Positions 28,816-39,212 of a stretch of DNA of 58,293 nucleotides are shown here, piece after piece. A program made the position numbers and the translations under genes. Within the stretch, counting starts at the first letter, position 1, and the number at the start of each line of letters is the position of its first letter. The notes below the pieces were generated by a model. The model did no database searches and was not told the DNA's origin. It saw only the letters and a list, made by a program, of their open reading frames with translations. The stretch is from positions 1 through 58,293 of the forward strand of contig CAMBBO010000001.1 of NCBI GenBank assembly GCA_945862935.1, given 5' to 3'. Origin of the DNA: Pseudorhodoplanes sinuspersici. GTDB lineage: Bacteria > Pseudomonadota > Alphaproteobacteria > Rhizobiales > Xanthobacteraceae.

Positions 28816-29907
28816 ATGACCGGCAACGCCCCCGAACTCTACATTGTCATTCCGGCCTTCAACGAGCGCGACAATGTCGCGCCGCTGGTCACAAAATTGC
28901 GTGCTCTGCTCGGCGATACATCGTGGGAAGCAATTTTCGTCGACGACGATTCACCGGACGAAACTTGGGCCGCGGTGAAGGCCATCGGCGAGAGCGACCC
29001 GCGCATCCGCTGCATCCGCAGGGTCGGACGGCGCGGACTATCGGGCGCGTGTCTCGAAGGCATTCTCGCAAGCGGCGCGCAATTCGTTGCGGTGATGGAT
29101 GCAGACCTGCAACACGACGAGACGTTGCTGACCGCGATGCGAGACAAGTTGCGTGCGGGCGAGACCGATCTCGTGGTGGCCTCGCGCTATATCGAGGGGA
29201 AGACCGCCGACGGCTTTTCCCGCGTGCGCGCGACCGGGAGTGCTACCGCCACACGGATCGCGCAGAAATTTCTGCGCATCGATCTCAGCGACCCGATGAC
29301 CGGTTTTTTCATGATCCGGCGACAGATCGTCGAAGGCATCGCCTCGCAGCTCTCGACGCAAGGATTCAAGATCCTGCTCGACATCGTGGTGACCGCCGGT
29401 CCGCTTCGGATCGCCGAAATTCCCTATACGTTTCGCGAGCGCCAGCACGGCGAGAGCAAGCTCGATGCCGGCGTCGCGCTGGAATTTCTCGGCCTCGTGC
29501 TGGCGAAGGTGTCCAACGACGTTGTGTCGCTGCGTTTCATCTTTTTTTGCATCGTCGGCGTGATCGGGCTTGGCGTGCATGCGGTGGCGCTCGCGCTCGC
29601 GCATTATACGTTTGCTGCGAGCTTCAACGCGGCGCAGCTATTCGCAACCGCCGTTGCGATTGCGAGCAATTTCTTCATCAACAACACGCTGACCTATAGC
29701 GACCGCCGCCTGTCCGGTACGCGGCTCGTCACCGGACTGGCTCGTTTTTATCTCGTGGCCGCCGTCGGTGCGATTGCCAATATCGGCACCGCGAACTGGC
29801 TGTTCGGCAACCAGCAGGTCTGGTGGGTCGCCGGCATGGCGGGCGGCCTGATGGGCGTGATCTGGAATTACGTGATCGCGTCGCTGTTCGTGTGGCGAAC
29901 GCGCTAG
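28816..29907 (+). CDS. Polyprenol-phosphate glycosyltransferase (DPM1-like GT2) fused to GtrA-like domain
   Basis: VDDDSPD, RRGLSGA, VMDADLQHD, DPMTGFF, GESKLD; C-terminal 4-TM GtrA-like region. Confidence 0.9.
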   Translation: MTGNAPELYIVIPAFNERDNVAPLVTKLRALLGDTSWEAIFVDDDSPDETWAAVKAIGESDPRIRCIRRVGRRGLSGACLEGILASGAQFVAVMDADLQHDETLLTAMRDKLRAGETDLVVASRYIEGKTADGFSRVRATGSATATRIAQKFLRIDLSDPMTGFFMIRRQIVEGIASQLSTQGFKILLDIVVTAGPLRIAEIPYTFRERQHGESKLDAGVALEFLGLVLAKVSNDVVSLRFIFFCIVGVIGLGVHAVALALAHYTFAASFNAAQLFATAVAIASNFFINNTLTYSDRRLSGTRLVTGLARFYLVAAVGAIANIGTANWLFGNQQVWWVAGMAGGLMGVIWNYVIASLFVWRTR

Positions 29908-29911
29908 CCAA

Positions 29912-30184
29912 CTATTTTTGGAATGCCGCAAATTCAAACAGTTTGTGTCGTTTAAGCTGACTTTCAATTGTGGCCAGCACATCACCCTTGGAGCGTGCCT
30001 TAATCCCGTGCACCAAAATTTGGTCGGTTGCCCTGTCAATTTCCGCCAAACTTAGCGAAGCCAAACCTGACTTCTCGAAATTCCTAAACAGGTCTTCGCC
30101 GAAATTCCGGACGCGATGGATCAGTGCGTCAGCCGCAGCCGTGTCCGTTGGAATATGGAATGCAATGATGATTGTCTTTGCCAA
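29912..30184 (-). CDS. Small hypothetical protein
   Basis: 90 aa, fills the intergenic gap exactly, TTG start directly after the upstream stop, AT-rich. Confidence 0.55.
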   Translation of the reverse strand: MAKTIIIAFHIPTDTAAADALIHRVRNFGEDLFRNFEKSGLASLSLAEIDRATDQILVHGIKARSKGDVLATIESQLKRHKLFEFAAFQK

Positions 30185-31717
30185 TCACATCACCGCGCCG
30201 ACCTGCCACGGCACGAACTCAAGATCGCCGTAGCCGAGATCTTCCGACTTGGTGTGCTCGCCCGAAGCGACGCGCAGCACATGCTCGAAAATCTCCTGGC
30301 CCTTCTCTTCGACACTGACGCCGTCGAGAATGTCACCGCAGTTAATGTCCATGTCGTCGATCATGTGCGTATAGACGCTGGAATTGGTGGCGAGCTTGAT
30401 CGAGGGCGTCGGCTTGCAGCCGAAGGCCGAACCGCGGCCGGTGGTGAAGCACATGACGTTACAGCCGCCCGCGACCTGCCCCGTGGCGCCGACCGGGTCG
30501 TAGCCCGGCGTATCCATGAAGACGAAGCCCTTGTCCTTGATCGGCTCGGCGTATTCGTAAACCGCGCGCAAGGTGGTCGATCCACCCTTCGCGGCAGCAC
30601 CCAGCGACTTTTCCAAAATGGTGGTGAGGCCGCCAGCCTTGTTGCCGGGCGACGGATTGTTGTTCATCTCGCCGCCGAGCTTGGAGGTGTAATCCTCCCA
30701 CCACTTGATGCGCGAGGCGAGCTTCTCGCCGACCGCGCGGTTCATCGCGCGGCGCGTGAGCAGATGTTCGGCGCCGTAGATTTCCGGCGTCTCAGCAAGT
30801 ACGCCCGTGCCACCGTGCTTCACCAGTTCGTCGACCGCGGCACCAAGAGCTGCGTTCGCGGTGATGCCGGAATAGCCATCCGAACCGCCGCATTGAAGTG
30901 CAAGCGTCACATCGGACGCCGGCCGCGTTTCGCGCTTGGCCTTCGCTGCAATCGGCAGCATCGCCTTGATGCGCTCTACGCCCTGCTGCACGGTTTTCCT
31001 CGTGCCACCGACCGCCTGAATCGTCATGGTCTGGAATTGATCGCCCTCGACCAGATTGTATTCGTCCTTCATGCGGTCGATCTGGAACACCTCGCAACCG
31101 AGGCCCACCATCAGCGCGGCACCCAGATTCGGGTGGGTCGCGTAGCCCCATTGCGTGCGGCGCAGAAGCTCGAAGCCCTCGCCATAAGCCGCCATGCCGC
31201 AGCCGGAGCCGTGCACGAACGGCACGACGCCGTCGATGTCGGGGTAATCGTTCAGAATGCCGGAGCGATTGACTTCTTCCGCGATGAATTTTGCAGCCGA
31301 CGCCGAACAATTCACCGACGTGAGAATGCCGATGTAATTGCGCGTTCCCACTTTGCCGTTTTCGCGCATATAACCTTCGAAGGTCGCGCGCATTTCGGGC
31401 GGCAGCATCTCGTCGTTCTTTGCACCTTCCGCGAATTTATAGTCGCGCGTGAAATCGTGCAGCGTGACGTTGTGCTCGTGCACCCATTGGCCGGGCTCAA
31501 TCGGCTTTGACGCAAAGCCGATGATCTGGCCGAATTTCTTCACAGCCTGGTCCTGCGCGATGGCGACAATCGCCATCTTATGCCCGCGCGGCACGCGCTC
31601 CTGCGCGGACACGTTGGCCGCTTGCGCGCCCGGCATGATCTGATCGACCGCGACCACGACATTATCGTCGGGCGAGAGGCGGATGACGCGGGGAGATGAC
31701 ATGTTTGCGGAAGACAT
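30185..31717 (-). CDS. UxaA/GarD-family altronate/galactarate dehydratase
   Basis: N-terminal SAF domain (GHKMA, VHEHN); GTRNYIG, TSVNCSA, GLGCE, QCGGSD, NPSPGNKAGGLTTI. Confidence 0.92.
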   Translation of the reverse strand: MSSANMSSPRVIRLSPDDNVVVAVDQIMPGAQAANVSAQERVPRGHKMAIVAIAQDQAVKKFGQIIGFASKPIEPGQWVHEHNVTLHDFTRDYKFAEGAKNDEMLPPEMRATFEGYMRENGKVGTRNYIGILTSVNCSASAAKFIAEEVNRSGILNDYPDIDGVVPFVHGSGCGMAAYGEGFELLRRTQWGYATHPNLGAALMVGLGCEVFQIDRMKDEYNLVEGDQFQTMTIQAVGGTRKTVQQGVERIKAMLPIAAKAKRETRPASDVTLALQCGGSDGYSGITANAALGAAVDELVKHGGTGVLAETPEIYGAEHLLTRRAMNRAVGEKLASRIKWWEDYTSKLGGEMNNNPSPGNKAGGLTTILEKSLGAAAKGGSTTLRAVYEYAEPIKDKGFVFMDTPGYDPVGATGQVAGGCNVMCFTTGRGSAFGCKPTPSIKLATNSSVYTHMIDDMDINCGDILDGVSVEEKGQEIFEHVLRVASGEHTKSEDLGYGDLEFVPWQVGAVM

Positions 31718-31729
31718 GGCTTTGACCTT

Positions 31730-32503
31730 TTAACCGGCGCGCGATGGCGCTTTCAGGGTCTGCAAGGCCGCGTAAGTGCGGTTCCAGACCGGGCTGATGA
31801 GAACCTCGTTCATACATATCGTGGGCGGGAGCTTGGCGATATAGACGATCAGGTCGGCCATATGTTCGGGCTGAATCATGGCGTCGCGCTGTTCCTGCGT
31901 CACCGGAATGGGCCGATTATTGAGAATTGGCGTCGCTACCTCGCCGGGGCACAGCACCGACGAGCGGATGCCGTTGATGAATTCCTCGGCATTGATCATG
32001 TGGCTCATCGCGACCTGCCCGTGCTTTGCCGCGACATAAGCGGGTCCCGCCAGCGGGCTGACATAGCGGCCCGACCATGAGGCGGTATGAATCAGCACGC
32101 CATCCTTCTGCGGACGCATGATGTCGAGCGCAGCCTTGGCGCAATAAAACGCCGACGTAAGATTGGAGTCGATCACATGCTCGATGCGCTCGGCGTTGAG
32201 CCGCTCCCAGCTTCGTTCGGCGACGTTGTCGCCCGCATTGTTCACGAGAATGTCGAGACGGCCAAATTCGGCTTTGATCCGCGCTGCGATCTTTTCCGGC
32301 CCTTCCGGGTGACGCAGATCGCCCGGCGCGACCATTGCCTTGCCGCCCGCTTTGGTCACCCGTTCCGCGACCGACTGTAACGGCTCAGGTCGCCGCCCGG
32401 TGAGAGCGACCGTGACGCCTTCGCGCGCAAGCGCAAGGGCCGCGGCTTCACCGATGCCGGTCCCCGCGCCCGTCACCCAGGCGATTTTCCCTTTAAGGCT
32501 CAT
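31730..32503 (-). CDS. Short-chain dehydrogenase/reductase
   Basis: TGAGTGIG, NNAG, YVAAK; start ATG 32503. Confidence 0.9.
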   Translation of the reverse strand: MSLKGKIAWVTGAGTGIGEAAALALAREGVTVALTGRRPEPLQSVAERVTKAGGKAMVAPGDLRHPEGPEKIAARIKAEFGRLDILVNNAGDNVAERSWERLNAERIEHVIDSNLTSAFYCAKAALDIMRPQKDGVLIHTASWSGRYVSPLAGPAYVAAKHGQVAMSHMINAEEFINGIRSSVLCPGEVATPILNNRPIPVTQEQRDAMIQPEHMADLIVYIAKLPPTICMNEVLISPVWNRTYAALQTLKAPSRAG

Positions 32504-32569
32504 GATTTTTCTTCCACATGCAACGATGCGCGATAGCGGCTCGCGCAGCAAATATCTCTATTTGATGAT

Positions 32570-32593
32570 GGATGGCCGGGACAGGCCCGGCAA
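32570..32593. repeat. REP-like small palindrome (GGATGGCCGGGACAGGCCCGGC)
   Basis: GCCGGG-N5-CCCGGC hairpin resembling intergenic repeats of Bradyrhizobium-group genomes; a similar hairpin lies at ~52911-52929. Confidence 0.45.
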
Positions 32594-32598
32594 CAAGC

Positions 32599-32628
32599 AA
32601 AACAGCATGCGCGCTCCGCGCATGCTGT
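32599..32628 (-). terminator. Intrinsic terminator after ABC ATPase
   Basis: CAGCATGCGCG-ctc-CGCGCATGCTG stem followed by TTTT on the minus strand. Confidence 0.65.
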
Positions 32629-32642
32629 CCGCCGCCGAAATC

Positions 32643-33737
32643 CTACAGAACCTTGCCCGACGAATTATCGATCAGGTGCATGTGGTCGAGCTGGATCGCC
32701 ATCTTCAGCGGCGATCCGGTTTTCGCGCCGGAATTCGGATCGACACGGGCGCAGACTTCCGCGCCATTGACGGTGAAGAACACCATCGTCTCGTGCCCCA
32801 TCGGCTCGACCACTTCAATGGCCGCGTCAAACTGGGCGACGTTCTTGGTTCCGTTCGGATGCGCGTCGGTCAGATGTTCGGGGCGAATGCCGAAGGTCAA
32901 ATCCTTGCCGGCGAAAGCCTTGTAGCGCGCGACACGCTCGGCAGGGATTGCGAAGGACACCTTGTCGAGGCGCATTGTCAGGCCATCACCCGCAGCTTCG
33001 AGCTTGCACGGAATGAAATTCATCGCTGGCGAGCCGATGAAGCCTGCGACGAAACGGGTCGCCGGCGAATGATAGAGGAAGTTCGGCGCGCCGATCTGTT
33101 CGATGATGCCCTTGTTCATCACCACCACGCGGTCGGCGAGCGTCATCGCTTCGACCTGATCGTGGGTGACGTACACCGTGGTTGTCTTTACTTTTTGGTG
33201 GACGCGCTTGATTTCGGTGCGCATCTGCACGCGCAGCTTGGCGTCGAGGTTCGAGAGCGGCTCGTCGAACAGGAACACCTTCGGGTTGCGGACGATCGCG
33301 CGGCCCATGGCGACGCGCTGGCGCTGGCCGCCGGAAAGCTGGCGCGGCTTGCGCTCAAGCAGATCCTCGATATCGAGGATGCGGGCGGCTTCGGCCACGC
33401 GGCGCTTGATCTCTTCCTTGGGAAATTTCTTCAGCCGCAGGCCGAACGACATGTTCTCGTAAACGGTCATGTGCGGATAAAGCGCGTAATTCTGGAACAC
33501 CATCGCCATGTCGCGGTCTTTCGGCGGCACGTCGTTGACAACGTCACCGTCCACCGAAATCTCGCCGTCGGAAATTTCCTCCAGCCCCGCGATCATGCGA
33601 AGCGTCGTCGACTTGCCGCAGCCAGATGGGCCGACCAGCACGACGAATTCGGAATCCGCGATGTCGAGGTCGATCCCATGCACCACCTGGATCGACTCGT
33701 AACGCTTCACAACCTTACGCAACGAAACCTGCGCCAT
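32643..33737 (-). CDS. Carbohydrate ABC transporter ATP-binding protein (UgpC/MalK family)
   Basis: GPSGCGKST, VFQNYALYPH, LSGGQRQR, DEPLSNLD, C-terminal TOBE. Confidence 0.95.
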   Translation of the reverse strand: MAQVSLRKVVKRYESIQVVHGIDLDIADSEFVVLVGPSGCGKSTTLRMIAGLEEISDGEISVDGDVVNDVPPKDRDMAMVFQNYALYPHMTVYENMSFGLRLKKFPKEEIKRRVAEAARILDIEDLLERKPRQLSGGQRQRVAMGRAIVRNPKVFLFDEPLSNLDAKLRVQMRTEIKRVHQKVKTTTVYVTHDQVEAMTLADRVVVMNKGIIEQIGAPNFLYHSPATRFVAGFIGSPAMNFIPCKLEAAGDGLTMRLDKVSFAIPAERVARYKAFAGKDLTFGIRPEHLTDAHPNGTKNVAQFDAAIEVVEPMGHETMVFFTVNGAEVCARVDPNSGAKTGSPLKMAIQLDHMHLIDNSSGKVL

Positions 33738-33746
33738 GACGTCCCC

Positions 33747-34670
33747 TTATCCTTTCGTGGCGCCGGCCGTCAGGCCCGCGATGTAGTAATCCATCAGGAA
33801 GGCGTAGATCACGAGCGGCGGCAGCGCGCCGAGAAGCGCGCCCGTCATGATCTGACCCCAGTTGAACACGTCGCCCTTGATCAGCGAGGTGATGATGCCG
33901 ACCGGCAGCACGAGCTGGTCGGCCGATGTTGTGAGCGCGAGCGGATAAAGAAACTGCGCCCAGCTCACGGTGAAGGCGAAGATGGTCGCGGCGATCAGAC
34001 CCGGCAGCGCGACCGGAATGAATACGCGCAAGAGGATCTGGCGATAATTCGCGCCGTCCATCAGGGCCGCTTCATCCAGCTCTTTCGGGATCGAGGCGAA
34101 ATAGCCAATCAGAATCCAAGTGCAGAACGGCACCGTCAGCGTCGGATAAACGAGCAGCAGACAATACCATTTGTTGAGAAGCTGGATTCCGGTCCACTCG
34201 TTGAACACCGCGAACATTTTGAACAGCGGAATGAACAGAAGCGAATCCGGCACGAGATAAGTCAGGAACACGCCGGTCGCGAGTGCGGTGGAGCCCCAGA
34301 AGCGCATGCGTGCGAGCGCGAAGGCTGCAGGGATCGAGATCAGCATCGTGACGGTGACGACGCAGATCGAGACCATCGCAGAATTGCGGAAATAGATCAG
34401 GTATTGCGACGATCCGAGCAGCTCTTTGTAGTTCGACAAGGTCGGGTGATAGACCCACCACGGCGACGTCGCCGCCGAAATCTCCGCGCTGCTCTTCAGC
34501 GAGGTGATGATCATGTAGATCGGCGGCGTGAGAAAGAAGATCGCGAACAATACGAGGAAGAAATAGGACCAGCGCAACGCCCATTGGCGATCGCGGCTCA
34601 TCGAGCCGTAGCGCGGGCGCGTCGCGCTACCCCGTTTTGCTTCGTAGGTCTCGGCGGTTGTCGCGGTCAT
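33747..34670 (-). CDS. Carbohydrate ABC transporter permease (MalG-type)
   Basis: EAA loop IPKELDEAALMDGA; TM segments. Confidence 0.92.
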   Translation of the reverse strand: MTATTAETYEAKRGSATRPRYGSMSRDRQWALRWSYFFLVLFAIFFLTPPIYMIITSLKSSAEISAATSPWWVYHPTLSNYKELLGSSQYLIYFRNSAMVSICVVTVTMLISIPAAFALARMRFWGSTALATGVFLTYLVPDSLLFIPLFKMFAVFNEWTGIQLLNKWYCLLLVYPTLTVPFCTWILIGYFASIPKELDEAALMDGANYRQILLRVFIPVALPGLIAATIFAFTVSWAQFLYPLALTTSADQLVLPVGIITSLIKGDVFNWGQIMTGALLGALPPLVIYAFLMDYYIAGLTAGATKG

Positions 34671-35599
34671 GCTTCATTCCCCCGCCTGTGAATGTCGCGC
34701 AGGATAAACACCGCACAGACGGCGAGGATCGGGAACATGAACAGCGACACGGTCGCGCCAAGAGGAATGTCGCCCGACTGTATGCCGACCCAGAACGCCC
34801 ATGTCGCGAACACATGGGTTTTGTCGATCGGTCCGCCTGCGGTGAGAATTCTCACGATGTCGAAATTCGCGAATGTGACGATCAGCGAGAACAGCACGGT
34901 GATGGAAATGATGTTGCGCATCATCGGCAGCGTGACGAACCAGATGCGCTGCCACCAATTCGCGCCGTCGATTGCGGCCGCTTCATAAAGCTGTTCCGGC
35001 ACCGATTTCAGCGAAGCCAGATACATGATGAGGAAGAACGGCGCGCCGTACCACACGTTGACGAGGATGACGGAGAAGCGCGCCCAATAGGCGTCGCCGG
35101 TCCACGGAATAGGCCCGATGCCGACGAACGACAAAAGCCAGTTGAACGCCGAATAAGACGGATCGAACAGCCACAGCCAGGCAAGCGTCGACATCGCGGG
35201 CGGGATCACCCACGGCACGAGCAGCATGCCGCGCCATTTGCGCTGGCCTTTATTCGGAATGTTGTGAACGAAATGCGCGACGATGAAGCCGATCAGCGCC
35301 TTGAACACCACCGCGGTGATCGCGAAGATGCAGGATTGCTGAACGACCAGCCAGAATGTCTCGCGCTTGAACAGAAACGCAAAATTGCCGAAGCCGACAA
35401 AGCGCGTCATCGACTTGTTCAGCGTCGCCAGATGCAGCGAATAGCCAAACGGGTAAAGCACCATCACCGACAACAGGATCAGGAGCGGCAGCGCCATCAG
35501 GAACGCGATGGTCGATTTCCGCTCCATCATCTTGCGGAAGCCGGAACGCTTGCGCGTCGGCGTTACGTATTTGTGCCCCGTCATCACCGCGTCGGCCAC
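34667..35599 (-). CDS. Carbohydrate ABC transporter permease (MalF-type)
   Basis: FVGFGNF, LYEAAAIDGA..VTLP; probable GTG start 35599 after GAGG. Confidence 0.9.
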   Translation of the reverse strand: MADAVMTGHKYVTPTRKRSGFRKMMERKSTIAFLMALPLLILLSVMVLYPFGYSLHLATLNKSMTRFVGFGNFAFLFKRETFWLVVQQSCIFAITAVVFKALIGFIVAHFVHNIPNKGQRKWRGMLLVPWVIPPAMSTLAWLWLFDPSYSAFNWLLSFVGIGPIPWTGDAYWARFSVILVNVWYGAPFFLIMYLASLKSVPEQLYEAAAIDGANWWQRIWFVTLPMMRNIISITVLFSLIVTFANFDIVRILTAGGPIDKTHVFATWAFWVGIQSGDIPLGATVSLFMFPILAVCAVFILRDIHRRGNEA

Positions 35600-35724
35600 T
35601 CGACACCTCGCTTGCGATTTATCTGCCAGAGCGCACGCCCGGCGATCCACATGTGATGGTTCGGACCTGCTTTCCGGCCGCAATCCGGTCCGAGGAATTG
35701 CGGATGTTCACGCCTTAAAGCGAA

Positions 35725-35758
35725 ACCGCGCCGCGCTGCTTGAACAGCGCGACGCGGT
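35725..35758 (-). terminator. Stem-loop after solute-binding protein gene
   Basis: ACCGCGCCGCGCTG...CAGCGCGACGCGGT imperfect inverted repeat. Confidence 0.5.
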
Positions 35759-35765
35759 GATAGCT

Positions 35766-37103
35766 TTAGGTCCGCATGAACCCTTCGACTTCGCTCTCGG
35801 CCCAGGCAAGGGTCTTTTCCATCGCCTCACCCTGCATGTGGCGAACGATCATCTTCGTCATGATCGCCTGGCTGTAGATCTGCTGCGCGATCTTCGGCGG
35901 AGCCGGGAACGCGGCCATCGACAGCGTCTGATGGTTGTGCGGGTTCGGGTAATGATAGAGCGTGCCCTTCGGCGGGCCTTCCTCGGCCCACGTCTTGAAG
36001 GTCGTGAAGCTTTCGAACGACGGCAGATCGTAGCCGCCGGAGGCAGCAACGAAGCTTTCCACCGCATCCTTCTGCGACAAAGCCGTCAGCAGGCTCTTCG
36101 CCGCCGGGACGTTCTTCGAGAAGTTCCAGATGCCCCAGAAGTAAGGCAGGAACGGCGCGAAGCGGCCCTTAGGACCGGAGGGGAAGCCGTGCGTCCAGCA
36201 CTGCTCGGCAACCTGCGGCGCATCGCGCTTGGCAACGGCCCATGCGCTCGGCGGGTTCATGATCATCGAGGCCTTGCCCGAAACCAGGAACTTGTTGTTG
36301 GAGGCGTCATCCCATGCCGGCGCGTCGGCCGGATAGAACTTCGCAACCTTCACGCAGTATTCGAGCGCCTGACGCACCGCGTCTGACTTCACGGTGATGT
36401 TGCTCTTCGCATCGACGAGATGCGCGCCAAATGCCTGGAAGAACGCACCGGCGGTGTCGGTGGAGTCGGTCGTCTGGCCAAGGCCGACGCCGAACGGATT
36501 GCCGCCCTTGGCGCACGCTTCCGCAGCTTTCAGGTAAGCATCCATGTTCCATGCATCCGCCTTGGGAGCGGAGCCGGCTGGATACATCGCCTGCACGTCG
36601 ATACCGGCATGCTTCTTCATCAGGTCCATGCGCGAGCACGGGCCTTTGATCTGGCTGCCGATGGTCGCAGGAACCGCGAGCCACTTGCCGTCCGACTTGC
36701 CGAGATACTGAACGGTCTGGTTCACGGCGCCGTTCTGCTTGATCAGCGGCTCCATGACGTCGTCGAGCGGGACGAGCTTTTCCTTGTAGGCCTGCGGCCA
36801 CCAGGACGGGAACGCGAAGATGTCGTGGCCCGATCCCGCTTGCGCTTCCGCAGCGATGGTCAGGATGTTCTTGTCGCCCTGCGACGGAATATAATCGATT
36901 GTGACTTCGACCTTTTCCTTCTCCGCCCATTTCTGGACGACTTCGGTCGAAGCCTTGTTGGCGCCGGGAACCCAGTGATCCCAGAAACCGATCGAGAGCT
37001 TGCCGGCGGCATGTGCGCCCCGGATATACGGCGCTGCAATAATTGCAGCACCGGCCAGAGCCGATGTTTTCATCAACTCGCGTCGCGAGATTCCACGCTT
37101 CAT
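35766..37103 (-). CDS. ABC extracellular solute-binding protein, Tat-exported
   Basis: Twin-arginine SRRELMK signal; first gene of the carbohydrate ABC operon; SD GGGAGG. Confidence 0.9.
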   Translation of the reverse strand: MKRGISRRELMKTSALAGAAIIAAPYIRGAHAAGKLSIGFWDHWVPGANKASTEVVQKWAEKEKVEVTIDYIPSQGDKNILTIAAEAQAGSGHDIFAFPSWWPQAYKEKLVPLDDVMEPLIKQNGAVNQTVQYLGKSDGKWLAVPATIGSQIKGPCSRMDLMKKHAGIDVQAMYPAGSAPKADAWNMDAYLKAAEACAKGGNPFGVGLGQTTDSTDTAGAFFQAFGAHLVDAKSNITVKSDAVRQALEYCVKVAKFYPADAPAWDDASNNKFLVSGKASMIMNPPSAWAVAKRDAPQVAEQCWTHGFPSGPKGRFAPFLPYFWGIWNFSKNVPAAKSLLTALSQKDAVESFVAASGGYDLPSFESFTTFKTWAEEGPPKGTLYHYPNPHNHQTLSMAAFPAPPKIAQQIYSQAIMTKMIVRHMQGEAMEKTLAWAESEVEGFMRT

Positions 37104-37340
37104 TGTAGGACCTCCCTGAATGGCCGAGCGTTATCCCCAGCCTTGAATTATTATTAGGTTATACAAGAAATGGTCTGGACGCATGTGTCAACTGCGCCCC
37201 TCGCATGGGAATCTCAAATTTATCTCTTGCTTGTGAGAATTTTACGCGGCGGCGATACGACTTCGCACTGCAAAATTGAAATCACGCGCCCCGCGCGGCG
37301 CGAATAATTTCAAAATCCGGCAGCGCGGAGTGCGTGCGCG

Positions 37341-38615
37341 TCAGCGATAAAGATATTTCGGCACTGCGAGCGTCAGCTCGGGGAAAACCGTGATCAGCAC
37401 AAGCACCGCCAGCAACGGAATGAGAAACGGTGCGACTGCCTTCACTGTCCTGTCGAACGGAATGTTTGCAACGCGCGCAAGCACGAACAGCACAATGCCG
37501 ACCGGCGGAGTCAAAAGCCCAATCATAAGATTGAGCACCATGATGACGCCGAACTGAACAGGATCGATCCCGGCCTTGAGGATCACCGGCAGCAGCACCG
37601 GCACAAGAATGCTGATCGCCGCGATCGTTTCCATGAAGCATCCGACGATCAGCAGAAGAATGTTGATCATGAACAGGATGATGAGCGGATCATTCGACAC
37701 CGACAGCAGCGCCATCGTGACCTGCTCGGTCACGCGCGTCGTGGTCAGAACCCATCCGAACAACGAGGCAGCGCCGACGATCATCAGCACGGCCGCCGTC
37801 GTCTCGATGGTGTCCATCGAGATCTTGTAAAACTGCTTCACCGACAGCGAACGATAGAGGATGAAGCCGAGAACAATCGCCCAGGCGCAAGCTGCAATCG
37901 CGGCCTCAGTCGGCGTGAACCAGCCGAACGTCATTCCGCCGATGATGATGCCCGGCGTCATCAGCGCCGGTACCGCACGAACGAACGTGCGTCCGAGCAC
38001 ATCCCAGCGGAAAATCTGATCGCGCCCGATGCCGTGGCGGTGGGCGTACCATGCGACGTGCACCATCATGAACCCGGCCATCAAGAAGCCCGGCACGAAG
38101 CCCGCGGCGAAAAGCTGACCGATTGAGGTATTCGCCATCACGCCGAAAATAACCATCGGCAAAGAAGGCGGAATGATCGGCCCAAGCGTCGATGAGGCGG
38201 CCGTAATGCCGACGGCGAAATTCGTATCGTAGCCGTGATCGCGCATCGCCTTGATTTCGATCGTGCCAAGACCACCGGCATCGGCGACCGCAGTGCCCGA
38301 CATGCCCGCAAAAATCACCGAGCCGACGACATTGACGTGACCAAGTCCGCCATGCATCCAGCCGACGCCAGCAACCGCGAAATCATAGATGCGGTTGGTG
38401 ATGCCCGCTGAATTCATCAGGTTACCGGCGAGAATGAAAAACGGGACCGCGAGAAGCGGAAAGCTGTCGATGCCGCCGGCTATACGATGCAGGATGACGA
38501 AGTCAGGAATACCCGCAATGAAGTGCGTGTACAGCAGCGATGAACCGGCGAGCGCGATGAAGATCGGCACGCCGCTCAGCAGAACGACAAAGAAAACTAC
38601 GAAAAGAAAAGTCAT
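37341..38615 (-). CDS. dctM: TRAP transporter large permease
   Basis: LLAVPFFILAG, FAGMSGTAVAD, GPIIPPSLP, FTPTEA, GLLTPPVG. Confidence 0.95.
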   Translation of the reverse strand: MTFLFVVFFVVLLSGVPIFIALAGSSLLYTHFIAGIPDFVILHRIAGGIDSFPLLAVPFFILAGNLMNSAGITNRIYDFAVAGVGWMHGGLGHVNVVGSVIFAGMSGTAVADAGGLGTIEIKAMRDHGYDTNFAVGITAASSTLGPIIPPSLPMVIFGVMANTSIGQLFAAGFVPGFLMAGFMMVHVAWYAHRHGIGRDQIFRWDVLGRTFVRAVPALMTPGIIIGGMTFGWFTPTEAAIAACAWAIVLGFILYRSLSVKQFYKISMDTIETTAAVLMIVGAASLFGWVLTTTRVTEQVTMALLSVSNDPLIILFMINILLLIVGCFMETIAAISILVPVLLPVILKAGIDPVQFGVIMVLNLMIGLLTPPVGIVLFVLARVANIPFDRTVKAVAPFLIPLLAVLVLITVFPELTLAVPKYLYR

Positions 38616-38633
38616 GGACGCCGCCCCGCTTCG

Positions 38634-39212
38634 TCAGTCGATGATGATGCCTTCGCCGATCGTTTTCTGATCGTTGCGCCAGCCGTCGCGTGCGCCGCGC
38701 CAGTAATTCTGCAACTGCCGGAACAGCATCAGGAAACAGCCGACCGAGATACCGATGTAAACGTAACTCATGGAGACATCGAACACGGTCATGCGCTGGA
38801 TGCCCATGCGGTCGATAATCTCGATTGAGAAATAGGCGAGCAGCCCAATGAAGACGAGCTTGATCGTCTCAATCACGCCAAGCAGGACACGCCCGATCAT
38901 GGGAGTGGACATGTGCAACAGCAGGTCGACTGCGATATGCGTTTTCTTTCGCACAACAATCGCCGAGCCGAGGAATGTGATCCACATCAGACCGTAACGC
39001 GCGACCTCCTCAGTCCAGGACAGGCTGTCGTTGAGAATGTAGCGCGTGAAAAACTGTAAAAAGACGATGATCGCGACCGCCCAGAACAATATGAACGCGA
39101 GCCAATCCTCGGGATGATGCTCGATGATTACCTCGGCGTCCTTCGCGACGATCAAAGGCGCCTCGTCCATCTTCTTGTGGGACGGCTTGGCGGTCTGCGG
39201 TGACTTGCTCAT
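38634..39212 (-). CDS. dctQ: TRAP transporter small permease
   Basis: QFFTRY..SLSWTEEVARY, HIAVD; ATG 39212 after GGAG. Confidence 0.92.
   Translation of the reverse strand: MSKSPQTAKPSHKKMDEAPLIVAKDAEVIIEHHPEDWLAFILFWAVAIIVFLQFFTRYILNDSLSWTEEVARYGLMWITFLGSAIVVRKKTHIAVDLLLHMSTPMIGRVLLGVIETIKLVFIGLLAYFSIEIIDRMGIQRMTVFDVSMSYVYIGISVGCFLMLFRQLQNYWRGARDGWRNDQKTIGEGIIID

Noticed and set aside
32340-34691. 783-aa plus-strand ORF and similar long antisense ORFs (e.g. 19973, 30116, 44383, 46117)
   Set aside because: Typical high-GC antisense shadows of well-supported genes.
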